Source: Pedobacter sp. (lineage in GTDB: Bacteria > Desulfobacterota > Desulfuromonadia > Desulfuromonadales > Syntrophotaleaceae). Taken from it: DNA of 64,000 nt. The first letter of the stretch is position 1; each line of letters starts with the position of its first letter. The stretch covers positions 305,035-369,034 of the forward strand of contig JBFWJC010000003.1 of assembly GCA_050253415.1 (NCBI GenBank). The letters run 5' to 3'. Shown here in pieces: positions 41,490 to 50,246 of this stretch. Position numbers and translations under genes: made by a program. Under the pieces are notes generated by a model. That model was given only the letters and a program-made list of their open reading frames with translations. It had not been told where the DNA came from and made no database searches.

Positions 41490-41702
41490 ATGCATGAATG
41501 GCTGGAGGTTTTATGGACTTGTTGAAAGACTGGGGTTGCCACAACCGAAAATTGTCCCATACCCACGACATAAAAGCTTGGTGTTGGTTTAGGTGCTTTC
41601 GCGAACTGCGGATGTGGATATTCACGAAGAGCCCGGTGCGGTAGTTCCGCACGTCGGGATCTGTGCCGGGGCGGTCGGGTAACCGGCTGCGCCTACGGCG
41701 GC
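41490..41702 (+). mobile_element. 3' remnant of a group II intron (maturase tail plus domains V-VI)
   Basis: GAGCCCGGTGCGGTAGTTCCGCACGTCGGGATC (domain V with AGC triad, from 41629), then a domain VI hairpin with bulged-A CCTAC; upstream peptide MNGWRFYGLVERLGLPQPKIV resembles maturase C-termini. Confidence 0.85.
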
Positions 41703-41818
41703 TGTACAATAAGTGTATCAATAAAGGGATCGCTGTTTTGATACTTAATATGAAAATTGTTTTCCTATAGGTTTCTTCTCTAAGTTAATTAACCTAAGTC
41801 ACTTAAAGGAGAAAAATT

Positions 41819-43423
41819 ATGGGTTCATTCATTCAACAGATGCCAAGTTTAGGATATTTCAACAAGATCATCTGCGATAGTTTAGGTTTGTGGTCTACTG
41901 ACAAGAAAGATATATTGTTTGCTGTCCCAGCCACAGAGAAAGAAAGAAGAAAGGCATTAAAAGACGCATTTGCAGCTATTCAAAAAGATGATGGGTCGTA
42001 TGGCTCTCATGATGAATTAATTTCAGAAACTACTAAAAATCATCCTAAACAGAAAGCAATAGTTAAAAAGAATAAAACAATTCAAGATTACACCAATCAT
42101 TTGTCAAAAGAAGATTTCTCTTCACCCTATGAATTTATTGAGGTTAGCGAGTACGTTAATATTGTTATAGGCGATAAATTTACAGACAAAGAACTATATA
42201 AGTTTGTTTCAGAATTTTATGCGTTATCAATAATGTATTACAGAGAGTTTATTAGGGAGCATGCGGTAAAGCCAAAGGCCCAACTAGATTCATATCTTTT
42301 TTTCGTAAAGAACATTTTAATTCGTCTAATAGCGTCGTTGAATTATAGAGCGTCAACAAAAGCCTGTTCCAAAAATTACGAGGGGATTGTTAATGACCTC
42401 GATGAATGGCCCCTTAGAACATTCGTAGATTCTATGGCTGACTTATGTGGTGTTTCACTATACAAGCTACACCAGTTTCATGAATTTAGGCTAAATAACA
42501 AAAAGTATTCCGATAAAAAAATATGGGAGATTGACCTTGCTTCACAGCCAACAAATACAAGGTCAAAACAAGTTATTGAGAGGTTGAAAAAACCGAATAA
42601 AATTAAGTGGGATACATTTTATGATATTGTAAAGCCACTTATACCTATCCTTCCCAAAGACACTGACAAAGAAACTTTTAGGGTTAAGGCCTATGCAGCA
42701 TTTTTGACTCACAATATAAAAAATCATATCCGCAAAATAACTTTGTCTGACAAGATTGACATGCTTCCATCGCAAGATTGGAACTACCCTGAAATTGAAG
42801 TCGAAAACAGTTGCATTCCTATAAGTGATAGAATTGATTCAATGTTAAATAATGTTGAGGGAGTTGATAAGGTTGCTGTTCAAGCGTCAATGGATAGATA
42901 TCATAGCTTAACAAAAAGGTTGGTGCACACAAATCTCTCACTGCTCCATGATTTTGAAGTTCCAAATACACTTGTTTTGTTATATAGCAAACAATTAGTA
43001 GATGTTCCAATAGATGTTTTACTAAAAAAACTAAAAAAGGCTCCATTGTGGCTAAAAGAGATGAGCTTAGCGAGGAACTCAGTTAAATCAAGAAAACCTG
43101 TTTCTGCTTTGCAACATTATAAAAAATCTCTTGAAGCGGCAAAATATTCAGCCGGACCTTTATTTGTTCTTTTATATATTGATATCTGTGCATTTTGCAA
43201 GAATCAATACCATGAGTTAAAAAAACGAAACGAAGAGGATTTGTTTGATAGATTTTATGATCCTTTAGGTAGTGAGGTTACGAAATACGCAGATTTATTA
43301 GGTTATACACCAAGTTTTTCTCGTGATCCTATAACATTGATACCAAAGTCGAATGCGTCCAAAAAGGATGGATTGATAGTACATAAGATAGACACTATGG
43401 CAGGCATGCTTGCGAAAATATAA
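41819..43423 (+). CDS. AT-rich hypothetical protein (534 aa)
   Basis: Long ORF in very AT-rich DNA; AAAGGAG Shine-Dalgarno; no family recognised. Confidence 0.88.
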   Translation: MGSFIQQMPSLGYFNKIICDSLGLWSTDKKDILFAVPATEKERRKALKDAFAAIQKDDGSYGSHDELISETTKNHPKQKAIVKKNKTIQDYTNHLSKEDFSSPYEFIEVSEYVNIVIGDKFTDKELYKFVSEFYALSIMYYREFIREHAVKPKAQLDSYLFFVKNILIRLIASLNYRASTKACSKNYEGIVNDLDEWPLRTFVDSMADLCGVSLYKLHQFHEFRLNNKKYSDKKIWEIDLASQPTNTRSKQVIERLKKPNKIKWDTFYDIVKPLIPILPKDTDKETFRVKAYAAFLTHNIKNHIRKITLSDKIDMLPSQDWNYPEIEVENSCIPISDRIDSMLNNVEGVDKVAVQASMDRYHSLTKRLVHTNLSLLHDFEVPNTLVLLYSKQLVDVPIDVLLKKLKKAPLWLKEMSLARNSVKSRKPVSALQHYKKSLEAAKYSAGPLFVLLYIDICAFCKNQYHELKKRNEEDLFDRFYDPLGSEVTKYADLLGYTPSFSRDPITLIPKSNASKKDGLIVHKIDTMAGMLAKI

Positions 43424-43518
43424 ATATTTGTGACTCGCCTTGGAGGCGGACCAAGTTAACTTGCTGAAAATGCCTGATTTTACATCCATAAAGGCCTTAA
43501 CAAACCACTTTAAGTGAG

Positions 43519-43554
43519 TTCGGGGGACCTAATACTCATTAGGATATCCCCGAA
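43519..43554. repeat. REP-like palindrome
   Basis: TTCGGGGGA-CCTAAT-actc-ATTAGG-ATATCCCCGAA. Confidence 0.6.
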
Positions 43555-43613
43555 ATTACCACGGGATTACCCGCGAACGTAGGAACTAACCGCAGTCAAT
43601 CCGATCAACAATT

Positions 43614-43650
43614 AAAAAAAGGCCAGACGAATCGTATCGTCTGGCCTTTT
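43614..43650. terminator. intrinsic terminator after the PBP tail copy (bidirectional)
   Basis: AAAAAAAGGCCAGACGA-atcgta-TCGTCTGGCCTTTT. Confidence 0.85.
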
Positions 43651-43657
43651 GGCGTTT

Positions 43658-44287
43658 TCAGTTCGGGGCAATCGGAATGCCGGACGATTCCCGGGCTATG
43701 GCTCCTTGAGCAGCCCGCCTGACTTCCGGCAGCAGAATCGGCGCCATACCTTTCATTACCTGCAGTGGCAGGGCCGAGGTGAAGGAGAAGTTCTCAGCCG
43801 AACTGCCGGTGACAAAGGCGGTCAGGATGCCGAAATGATGGTCTCCCAGATAGAAGACAAAGGTGGCGGTGCGGCTAATGGCCCGTGAGGAGGTTTTGTA
43901 TCCGCGGGAGGTCGAGGTCACGATGCGGTTGTCGCCGGTCCCTGTTTTGCCGCCGATCGGCAGGGGCTGTCCATCCTCCAGCAGAAAGGTGTTGTTGAGG
44001 TGTTGGGCGGTGCCTGCGCTTACCACCTGTCCCAGTGCTACCTTCAGCACCCGGGCGACCTCCGGCTCCATGACCTGGACCGGCCTGGCCAGGGGATACT
44101 CGACGATGGTCTCATAGGGGGTATTCCCGGCGAACTCTAACCAGTTGAAGCGAAGGGTAGGGTAGCGTTGGCCGACATTGAGGATGATCGATATCAGTTG
44201 GGCCAGCGTGGCAGGTCGGTTTCCGGAGCTGCTGAGGTTCGTGGCCAGTGAGGGAACCAGCTGATCGAAGGGATATCCCAGGTTGTT
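43658..44287 (-). pseudogene. 5'-truncated duplicate of the C-terminal ~200 codons of the 46514-49681 PBP gene
   Basis: Colinear with about 46575-47150 at a constant 2865-bp offset; frame open from 44287 to the stop at 43658; keeps KTGT; different last ~20 aa. Confidence 0.9.
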
Positions 44288-44338
44288 TTAGTTAGAACCT
44301 GTCGGCTGTGAGAGAGTGCGTTCGGTGGTAAATATAAG

Positions 44339-44375
44339 AAAGGCAAAGACAGCCAATTAGGCTGTCTTTGCCTTT
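44339..44375. terminator. intrinsic terminator after the 44442-44627 gene
   Basis: AAAGGCAAAGACAGCC-aatta-GGCTGTCTTTGCCTTT. Confidence 0.8.
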
Positions 44376-44396
44376 GTGGGTAAGCATTTATGAGAT

Positions 44397-44431
44397 GGGA
44401 CAGGCACCTTGTTGGCAAGGGGCCTGTCCCC
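44397..44431. repeat. REP-like palindrome
   Basis: GGGACAGGCACCTTG-ttgg-CAAGGGGCCTGTCCCC. Confidence 0.65.
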
Positions 44432-44441
44432 TTTTCGTCCC

Positions 44442-44627
44442 CTACACTTCGATGTCACAGAAGATTTTTGCATCCTCAGTTTTGGCCGGTTTGCAGAGAT
44501 CGGCTTTGTTGTGAGAAACCGCGCAGCATGTGACGCATGAATATTCACCGCCTTTGTCTCTCAAAATCTCCGATCGAAGTTCACTGGGGTCACTAATTTC
44601 ACATATTTTTCTGGTTGATTTTTCCAT
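44442..44627 (-). CDS. small Cys-rich protein (61 aa)
   Basis: GGAGG Shine-Dalgarno; C...CxxCC...LCKP...C pattern; has its own terminator. Confidence 0.7.
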   Translation of the reverse strand: MEKSTRKICEISDPSELRSEILRDKGGEYSCVTCCAVSHNKADLCKPAKTEDAKIFCDIEV

Positions 44628-44928
44628 TGATTTAACCTCCCTTCAGGAGAGGGGTAGCCATTTGTTTTCATCCCGAACCTCCGAGTGAAATTCACTCTGT
44701 CTTTATGCTACTAATTTTTGAAAATTATGGCAACTATTCAAAAAATAAAGATAAATCATCAATTAATGCCAATGGCATCGTCCCCGGAGCCGGAGGTCAG
44801 TCGATGTTGCTGCAACCCTCCCTACATTTTCGCCGCGATCCCGCATGCAGCCGGTAGGGAGGAGAGCATTGCAGCTGTTCGCGATGAAAATATACATACC
44901 GGGAAGATCCCCATGCCCCGGGGCGGTT

Positions 44929-46476
44929 TTAGTTCCGGTCCCGCCGGGCCCACCAGGTCCAGGAAATCGCCCCGGCCGGTTGTTCATGCCCCACGAACGT
45001 GGCGATATAACTGAACAGATAGCAGGCGGCGACCGTGACCAGGAGATTGGCAACCGCGTAGTACTGCAGCGCTAGCCGGCTAACCGTCAGCGAGATGGCC
45101 AGGCTGGCGACAATGCCGACGAGTCCGCCCGACAACATCCTCGGCGCGTTGACCCGGTGGCTGACCATGCCGAGTGTCAACAGGGCCAGCAAGGGGCTGC
45201 CCAGGGCGTTGATCATTTTGTTTACGATCATGAACAGGCTGTTTTTGGGGCCGATCAGGACAATCAGGGAAAGGGCCATGGCGGTAGAGAGGACCCCCAG
45301 AGCCAGAGTCAGGCGACGGTCGATAACGGCGATGGACTGTTTTCGGGCCGCGGCCGGCCGGAACAAGCGGGGATGAAAATCGATCATCCAGGCCGCCGAG
45401 CATGCGTTGATCCCGGAATCGATGCTCGACATGGTGGCGGCCAGCAAACCGGCGACGACCAGTCCGGTCACCCCGGCGGGGAATGCACGAATTACCGCCG
45501 CCAGCTGCCCCATAGCCAGGCTTTTTTTCTGCAAGGGAGGCAACGATTCCCAGGAGATACCGGCCAATACGCCGGTTTTTACCGCATGGGTGTAGATCGC
45601 CAGGCCGAACAGGACCAGCAGCGTCAGGGAGAGTACGGATACCAGGGCGCTGAACCACAGCCCCCGTTGCGCCGCGGACAGATTGCGGGCGGTGAAATAG
45701 CGCTGCATGACCACCTGGTCGGCACCGTAGCGGGCCATAAAAGCTACCAGCACGCCGAGAAAGCCGCTCCACAGCGTCATGCGGATGAAGGGATTGAGCG
45801 AGAGAAACTGCGGATCGAATGGTATGAAGGGTTTCAGCCGTCCCCCCTCGCGGGCGACGGCGAAAATCTCGGCGAGGCCGCTTTCTCCACCGGCCAGAGC
45901 AAGGCCCAGGGCGATCCCGCCAAACAGCACGCAGAATTGAGCGACATCCGTCCACATAACCGCCCGCATACCGCCCACCGCGGTGTAGGCGGTGGCAACC
46001 AGGCCGCAGGTAAGGATGACGGCAGGGGTCGACAGCCCGGTCAAAACCGCCAGAATCTGTCCGGAAGCATAGAGCGCGGTCGCCATCCAGAACAGGCGCC
46101 ATGCGATGAACAGACCGCTGGCCAGACAGCGCACCCGCCCGTCGAAACGGCGCTCCAGGTACTCATAGGCGCTGGTCAGTTGCATGGCGTTGAAAAAAGG
46201 CATCCAGATGCGCGTGATCGGCCAGGCCGCAAGGAAGAACACCGGCAGTGCCACGGTGACATACAGGCCGTAGCCGAAAACCTCGTTGGGCAGGGCCACG
46301 TAATTGATCGCACTGAAGACGGTCACCATGACCGACAGTCCGATGGGAAACCAGCCCATGCTGCGACCGGCCAAGAAGTAATCGCTATGGTTGCCTTGCG
46401 AAACCCGGAAATAGAGGCCGATTCCAAGAACCATGAACAGATATAGCGTCAGCACCGCATAATCGGTAAAACTCAT
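44929..46476 (-). CDS. sodium:solute symporter (SSS family)
   Basis: DYFLAGRSM, SAYEYLERRF, GGMRAVMWTD, DQVVMQRY, AATMSS. Confidence 0.94.
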   Translation of the reverse strand: MSFTDYAVLTLYLFMVLGIGLYFRVSQGNHSDYFLAGRSMGWFPIGLSVMVTVFSAINYVALPNEVFGYGLYVTVALPVFFLAAWPITRIWMPFFNAMQLTSAYEYLERRFDGRVRCLASGLFIAWRLFWMATALYASGQILAVLTGLSTPAVILTCGLVATAYTAVGGMRAVMWTDVAQFCVLFGGIALGLALAGGESGLAEIFAVAREGGRLKPFIPFDPQFLSLNPFIRMTLWSGFLGVLVAFMARYGADQVVMQRYFTARNLSAAQRGLWFSALVSVLSLTLLVLFGLAIYTHAVKTGVLAGISWESLPPLQKKSLAMGQLAAVIRAFPAGVTGLVVAGLLAATMSSIDSGINACSAAWMIDFHPRLFRPAAARKQSIAVIDRRLTLALGVLSTAMALSLIVLIGPKNSLFMIVNKMINALGSPLLALLTLGMVSHRVNAPRMLSGGLVGIVASLAISLTVSRLALQYYAVANLLVTVAACYLFSYIATFVGHEQPAGAISWTWWARRDRN

Positions 46477-46513
46477 CGATTGCCCCTCGGAGAAAAATTA
46501 TCCGGCTGTTGTC

Positions 46514-49500
46514 TTAACGCAATAAGGGTGTTTGCACAGCCTGTCCGGCCTCTTTCTCGGCCGTTCCTTCCCCGGCCGCCCGACGGATTTCAGGCAGCAG
46601 GATCGGCGCCATGCCTTTCAACACCTGGAGCGGCAGGGCCGAGGTGAAGGAGAAGTTCTCGGCCGAACTGCCGGTGACAAAGGCGGTCAGGGTGCCGAAA
46701 TGATGGTCTCCCAGATAGAAGACAAAGGTGGCGGTGCGGTTGAGGGCCCGTGAGGAGGTCCTGTATCCGCCCGCGGTCGCGGTCACGATGCGGTTGTCGC
46801 CGGTCCCTGTTTTGCCGCCGATCGGCAGGGGCTGTCCATCCTCCAGCAAAAAGGTGTTGCCGAGGCGTTGGGCGGTGCCTGCGCTTACCACCTGTCCCAG
46901 TGCTTCCTTCAGCACCCGGGCGACCTCCGGCTCCATGACCTGGACCGGCCTGGCCGGGGGATGCTCGACGATGGTCTCGTAGGGGGTATCCCCGGCGAAC
47001 GCCAACCGGGTGAAGCGATGGGTGGGGTAGCGTTGGCCGTCATTGAGGATGATGGCTATCAGTTCGGCCAGCGCGGCCGGCCGGTCTCCGGAGCTGCCGA
47101 GGGCTGTGGCAAGCGAGGGAACCAAATGATCGAAGGGATATCCCAGGTTTTTCCAGCGACGGTGGATATCCGAAAAAGCGTCGATCTCCAGCACGGTTCT
47201 GACCCGGGAATCCCTGGCGTTTTTCGCCCGCGTGCGCATCAGCCAGCCGTAGACCTCGCGGCGTATCCCTTCGCTCTGGTGTATGGCGTCGTCGAGGGAT
47301 TTTTCACCGGGTTGCTGCAGATAGTCGAGCAGCCACAGTTCCACCGGATGCAGGGAGGCAAGGTAGCCCATATCCTGCAGATTGTAGGCACCGGGCCGGT
47401 ATCTCTCATACATGGCCGAGAGCTTTTGGTCGCTCAGCGTGGCATTGGGAACCCGGCTGCGGATAAAGCGGTAATAGGTGGCTTCATCCTCCTGCGGCAG
47501 CAGGTGCCGGTGGACGATGGTCAGCCGCAGGGGAGTTGGTTTCATGCCGGCCAGCAGGGTCTCCAGCCGCTCATCGGCCGTCTTGTCTTTGTACTTGCGC
47601 CAGAAGCGGGTCAGGAAGACCTTGCTCTCCTTCTCGATGAATTTGGTCAGCACCGGCTCGCGGCGGGAATCGCTGTCATCGTACAGGACCTGCCGGGGGT
47701 TTTCCCACTGGGTGGTCCTGGTATAGCTGACGATGTCCTGCATGATGCGGACGAAGGGCAGGTTGATGGAGGACTGCAGCGCCTCGGCGACGGTCACGAC
47801 CCGGTGATTGTCCTCCTTTTTGAAATTGCCGAAGGTGTGGACACCCCCGCCGGTAAAAAAGCGTTCGCCGGGGTTGGCGGAGTAGGGACGCTGCATGGCG
47901 GCGTCGAGCAGCTCCCGCAGCCCGATGTCTCTGTTATGCAGCAGCTGCGAACAGACCCATAAAGTCAGAATGTCAGGCTGTTGCTGTTGCAGCCTGTGCA
48001 GTTCCGGGACCGGACGGCCGGAGAGATTTCGGTGCAGCTCGGCGATGATCTCCAGATAGGTGGCCAGGGTACGTAGCTTGGCTGTCGAGCCGAGTTCGAG
48101 CTTGCTGCCTTCATTGATGTTGAAAGGCAGGCCGGTGGTGTCGGTCTGGACGCGGACCTTGTTGCCGGAAGGCGTCCGCTCGAAGAGGGTAAAGCTGTAG
48201 CTGATCTTATCGGTCTGGTCGGCGCTCAGCAGGTAATGGCCGACAAGCCCATTTTGCGCCGCAATCTCCGGATCCTGTAAACTTTTCAGGTATTCGCCGA
48301 CCCCGGTCTGCAGCGCGCGGTTCAGGGTGGAGGTTACGGTCAGGTCCATCCGGTCCAGCTCATAGAGTGAGGTCCCCAAAAGGGGTGCCAGGCGGTTGCG
48401 TACCACATTGACACCCTTGTCGCTCATGATTTTGGGGGTCGCCGGATTTTCCTTGAAATTCCGGAAAGACAGGGACTGAAGCTGGGCTGCATCGCTCAAC
48501 TTTGCAGGGATGATCCCGTTTCGAGTCAGTAGACGGAGATATTCGTTCGTAAGCGTCGCCAGCCCGGCGCGGCCTTGGACGAGGTAGTAAGACGGCCGAC
48601 GGTGGGCGATCATGAGACTTATCACTTGCTTGAGCAGGACGGCCTTGCGGCTGATGTCCCCTTCGCCTCCATCGCGCAGCAGGCGGTTCATTTCCTGGAA
48701 ATCGGTGCCGAACCAGACATACAGACCGTCTCCCAATCCATTGACCTCGCCTGTGCCCGGAGCCGCGGAGAGGGGCACGGAGTTGAGGTAGTCGAGCACC
48801 AACTGTTTCCGGTAGACGGAGGTGTCTTCGCCGTTGCGGTAGGCCCGGACGCTGGCGGATGCCATCTGCATCAGCTTTTCGACAGGGTCGGCGGTGACGC
48901 CGTTGTCCGAGTGCCGGTACTTCTCAATCTGGGTTGCCAGGGTGCTGCCCCCCATGGACGGCATGTGGATATTGACCTGCTCCCCGGCCTGCACGGCCAC
49001 GGCCCTGGTGAATCGCCCCCAGTCCACCGCCGGGTTGACTTTGGGATGTTTGTCGGATAGCAGCTCGCGGTTCTCGATAAAGAGAAGAGACGCGATGACC
49101 ATCTTGGGGATCTCGTCAAAGGCGGCATAGACATGCCCCGGATTGGTCATCCTGTACATCGGGCGTTGTGCGACGTCGAGGATCTGCAGACCCGCCTGGC
49201 TCTTTTCCCGGTACGGGATGTTGAAACCGTGCTGCGCGTATGTGGTGAGGCTGTGGTTGAAGCGGGCCTGTCGGCTGACGACCAGGCCGTTTTCTTTGAG
49301 CGTCGCCAGTATTTCCGGCATCCGGGAATAGCCGAGTCTGTTGTCGAAGGGGCCGTTCTGCGGGAAGATGAGGCTCCCGCTTTCTCCATCTCCGACATGG
49401 TACTGCAATCCGGCGACGTAGCGGCTCAGGTACTTCGCCTGCAGGAAGGAGGTCTGCGTTTCATAGTAACAGGCTGCCCCGGTCCCGGCGGTAACGGCGA

Positions 49501-49681
49501 GCAGCAATGCCAGCACGATTCGCCGCAGGCGTTTCGGCTTCGGTGCGCCCGGGCCTCGTTTGGCGATGGGCGTTCGGGTGCACCGGCGAGGTCGGTCCCT
49601 GCCCGGCGTCAACAGGTTGATTTTAACGGAGATATTTCCCGGCTGCCGTGCCGGATTGGACTTGGATATAAGCGTGTTCAC
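46514..49681 (-). CDS. large class A PBP-like transglycosylase (GT51)/transpeptidase
   Basis: N-terminal transmembrane segment; IENR and GGSTLATQIEK GT51 motifs; STAK, SIN and KTGT transpeptidase motifs; 1055 aa. Confidence 0.88.
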   Translation of the reverse strand: MNTLISKSNPARQPGNISVKINLLTPGRDRPRRCTRTPIAKRGPGAPKPKRLRRIVLALLLAVTAGTGAACYYETQTSFLQAKYLSRYVAGLQYHVGDGESGSLIFPQNGPFDNRLGYSRMPEILATLKENGLVVSRQARFNHSLTTYAQHGFNIPYREKSQAGLQILDVAQRPMYRMTNPGHVYAAFDEIPKMVIASLLFIENRELLSDKHPKVNPAVDWGRFTRAVAVQAGEQVNIHMPSMGGSTLATQIEKYRHSDNGVTADPVEKLMQMASASVRAYRNGEDTSVYRKQLVLDYLNSVPLSAAPGTGEVNGLGDGLYVWFGTDFQEMNRLLRDGGEGDISRKAVLLKQVISLMIAHRRPSYYLVQGRAGLATLTNEYLRLLTRNGIIPAKLSDAAQLQSLSFRNFKENPATPKIMSDKGVNVVRNRLAPLLGTSLYELDRMDLTVTSTLNRALQTGVGEYLKSLQDPEIAAQNGLVGHYLLSADQTDKISYSFTLFERTPSGNKVRVQTDTTGLPFNINEGSKLELGSTAKLRTLATYLEIIAELHRNLSGRPVPELHRLQQQQPDILTLWVCSQLLHNRDIGLRELLDAAMQRPYSANPGERFFTGGGVHTFGNFKKEDNHRVVTVAEALQSSINLPFVRIMQDIVSYTRTTQWENPRQVLYDDSDSRREPVLTKFIEKESKVFLTRFWRKYKDKTADERLETLLAGMKPTPLRLTIVHRHLLPQEDEATYYRFIRSRVPNATLSDQKLSAMYERYRPGAYNLQDMGYLASLHPVELWLLDYLQQPGEKSLDDAIHQSEGIRREVYGWLMRTRAKNARDSRVRTVLEIDAFSDIHRRWKNLGYPFDHLVPSLATALGSSGDRPAALAELIAIILNDGQRYPTHRFTRLAFAGDTPYETIVEHPPARPVQVMEPEVARVLKEALGQVVSAGTAQRLGNTFLLEDGQPLPIGGKTGTGDNRIVTATAGGYRTSSRALNRTATFVFYLGDHHFGTLTAFVTGSSAENFSFTSALPLQVLKGMAPILLPEIRRAAGEGTAEKEAGQAVQTPLLR

Positions 49682-49877
49682 GTATGGATGTATGCCTGAC
49701 CTTTGCCAGGTACGGACAAAAAGAGTTCTGTAAAAAAAGCTGCTTTGGGCAGCGGCTTGCGCCCCCTTTTTGACCCGTGTCGATTCGGGGCCTGCCGGAT
49801 GACATTCTATAACAAAGCACGGCGAAATGGAACACGGCTTCGTTGGTTGGGCAGTGTCAACTCGCGGGACAAGGTGG

Positions 49878-50185
49878 TGGATTGCCCCTCCTCATCAACC
49901 GCCGCTTGCCGCAAATCTCCGACGTTGCTCAGCCAACTGGCGCAGGCGTACTCTGATTTCCGTATCCTTTGACGGTCTTGCCTGGTACCGGCAACTGCTG
50001 CGGCACAATCCGATCATAATGCATGCGCCAAAGATCAACGATTTTCATGCCGGCCTGGGCCTGTTTTAAGATGCCGATGATCTGCTCTTCGGTAGACCGT
50101 TTCGATTTCATGACTATCTCCCTTTTGAGGATGAATAGACCGAAAACACTCACTTAACAATGGCTTGGTTCAGGGGTAACGTCCA
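49878..50185 (-). mobile_element. internally deleted IS3-family element (MITE-like remnant)
   Basis: orfA start MKSKRSTEEQIIGILKQAQAG (ATG at 50111) joined to orfB fragment GLCRSSCRYQARP..RLRQLAEQRRRF; imperfect TG...CA ends (TGGATTGCCCCT / TGGACGTTACCCCT). Confidence 0.8.
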
Positions 50186-50190
50186 TAGCA

Positions 50191-50222
50191 AAACCCCCTG
50201 GTCAGTATAGATCAGGGGGTTT
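50191..50222 (-). terminator. intrinsic terminator after the rubredoxin-like gene
   Basis: AAACCCCCTGGTC-agtata-GATCAGGGGGTTT. Confidence 0.7.
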
Positions 50223-50246
50223 AAGGAAAGCATTATGTGGGGCAAG

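Noticed and set aside
43424..43520. CCTTAACAAACCACTTTAAG after the AT-rich orphan, reminiscent of the left half of an attC site
   Set aside because: No matching GTTRRRY end with proper pairing, about 75 bp from the stop codon, and no integrase or second site.
40490..44287. Diversity-generating retroelement (A-rich gene, RT-related remnant, near-duplicate sequence)
   Set aside because: No intact reverse transcriptase; the remnant is a group II intron end; differences between the PBP copies are not confined to adenines.
44763..45053. 96-aa ORF overlapping the end of the SSS gene
   Set aside because: Mostly an alternative frame of the SSS 3' end; low-complexity G/P content and no clear start signal.
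45080..46446. 340-aa (-) and 429-aa (+) ORFs overlapping the SSS gene
   Set aside because: Alternative or antisense frames in GC-rich DNA where stops are rare; the SSS frame has clear family motifs.
46868..47962. 364-aa ORF antisense to the PBP gene
   Set aside because: GC-rich shadow ORF with no recognisable features.
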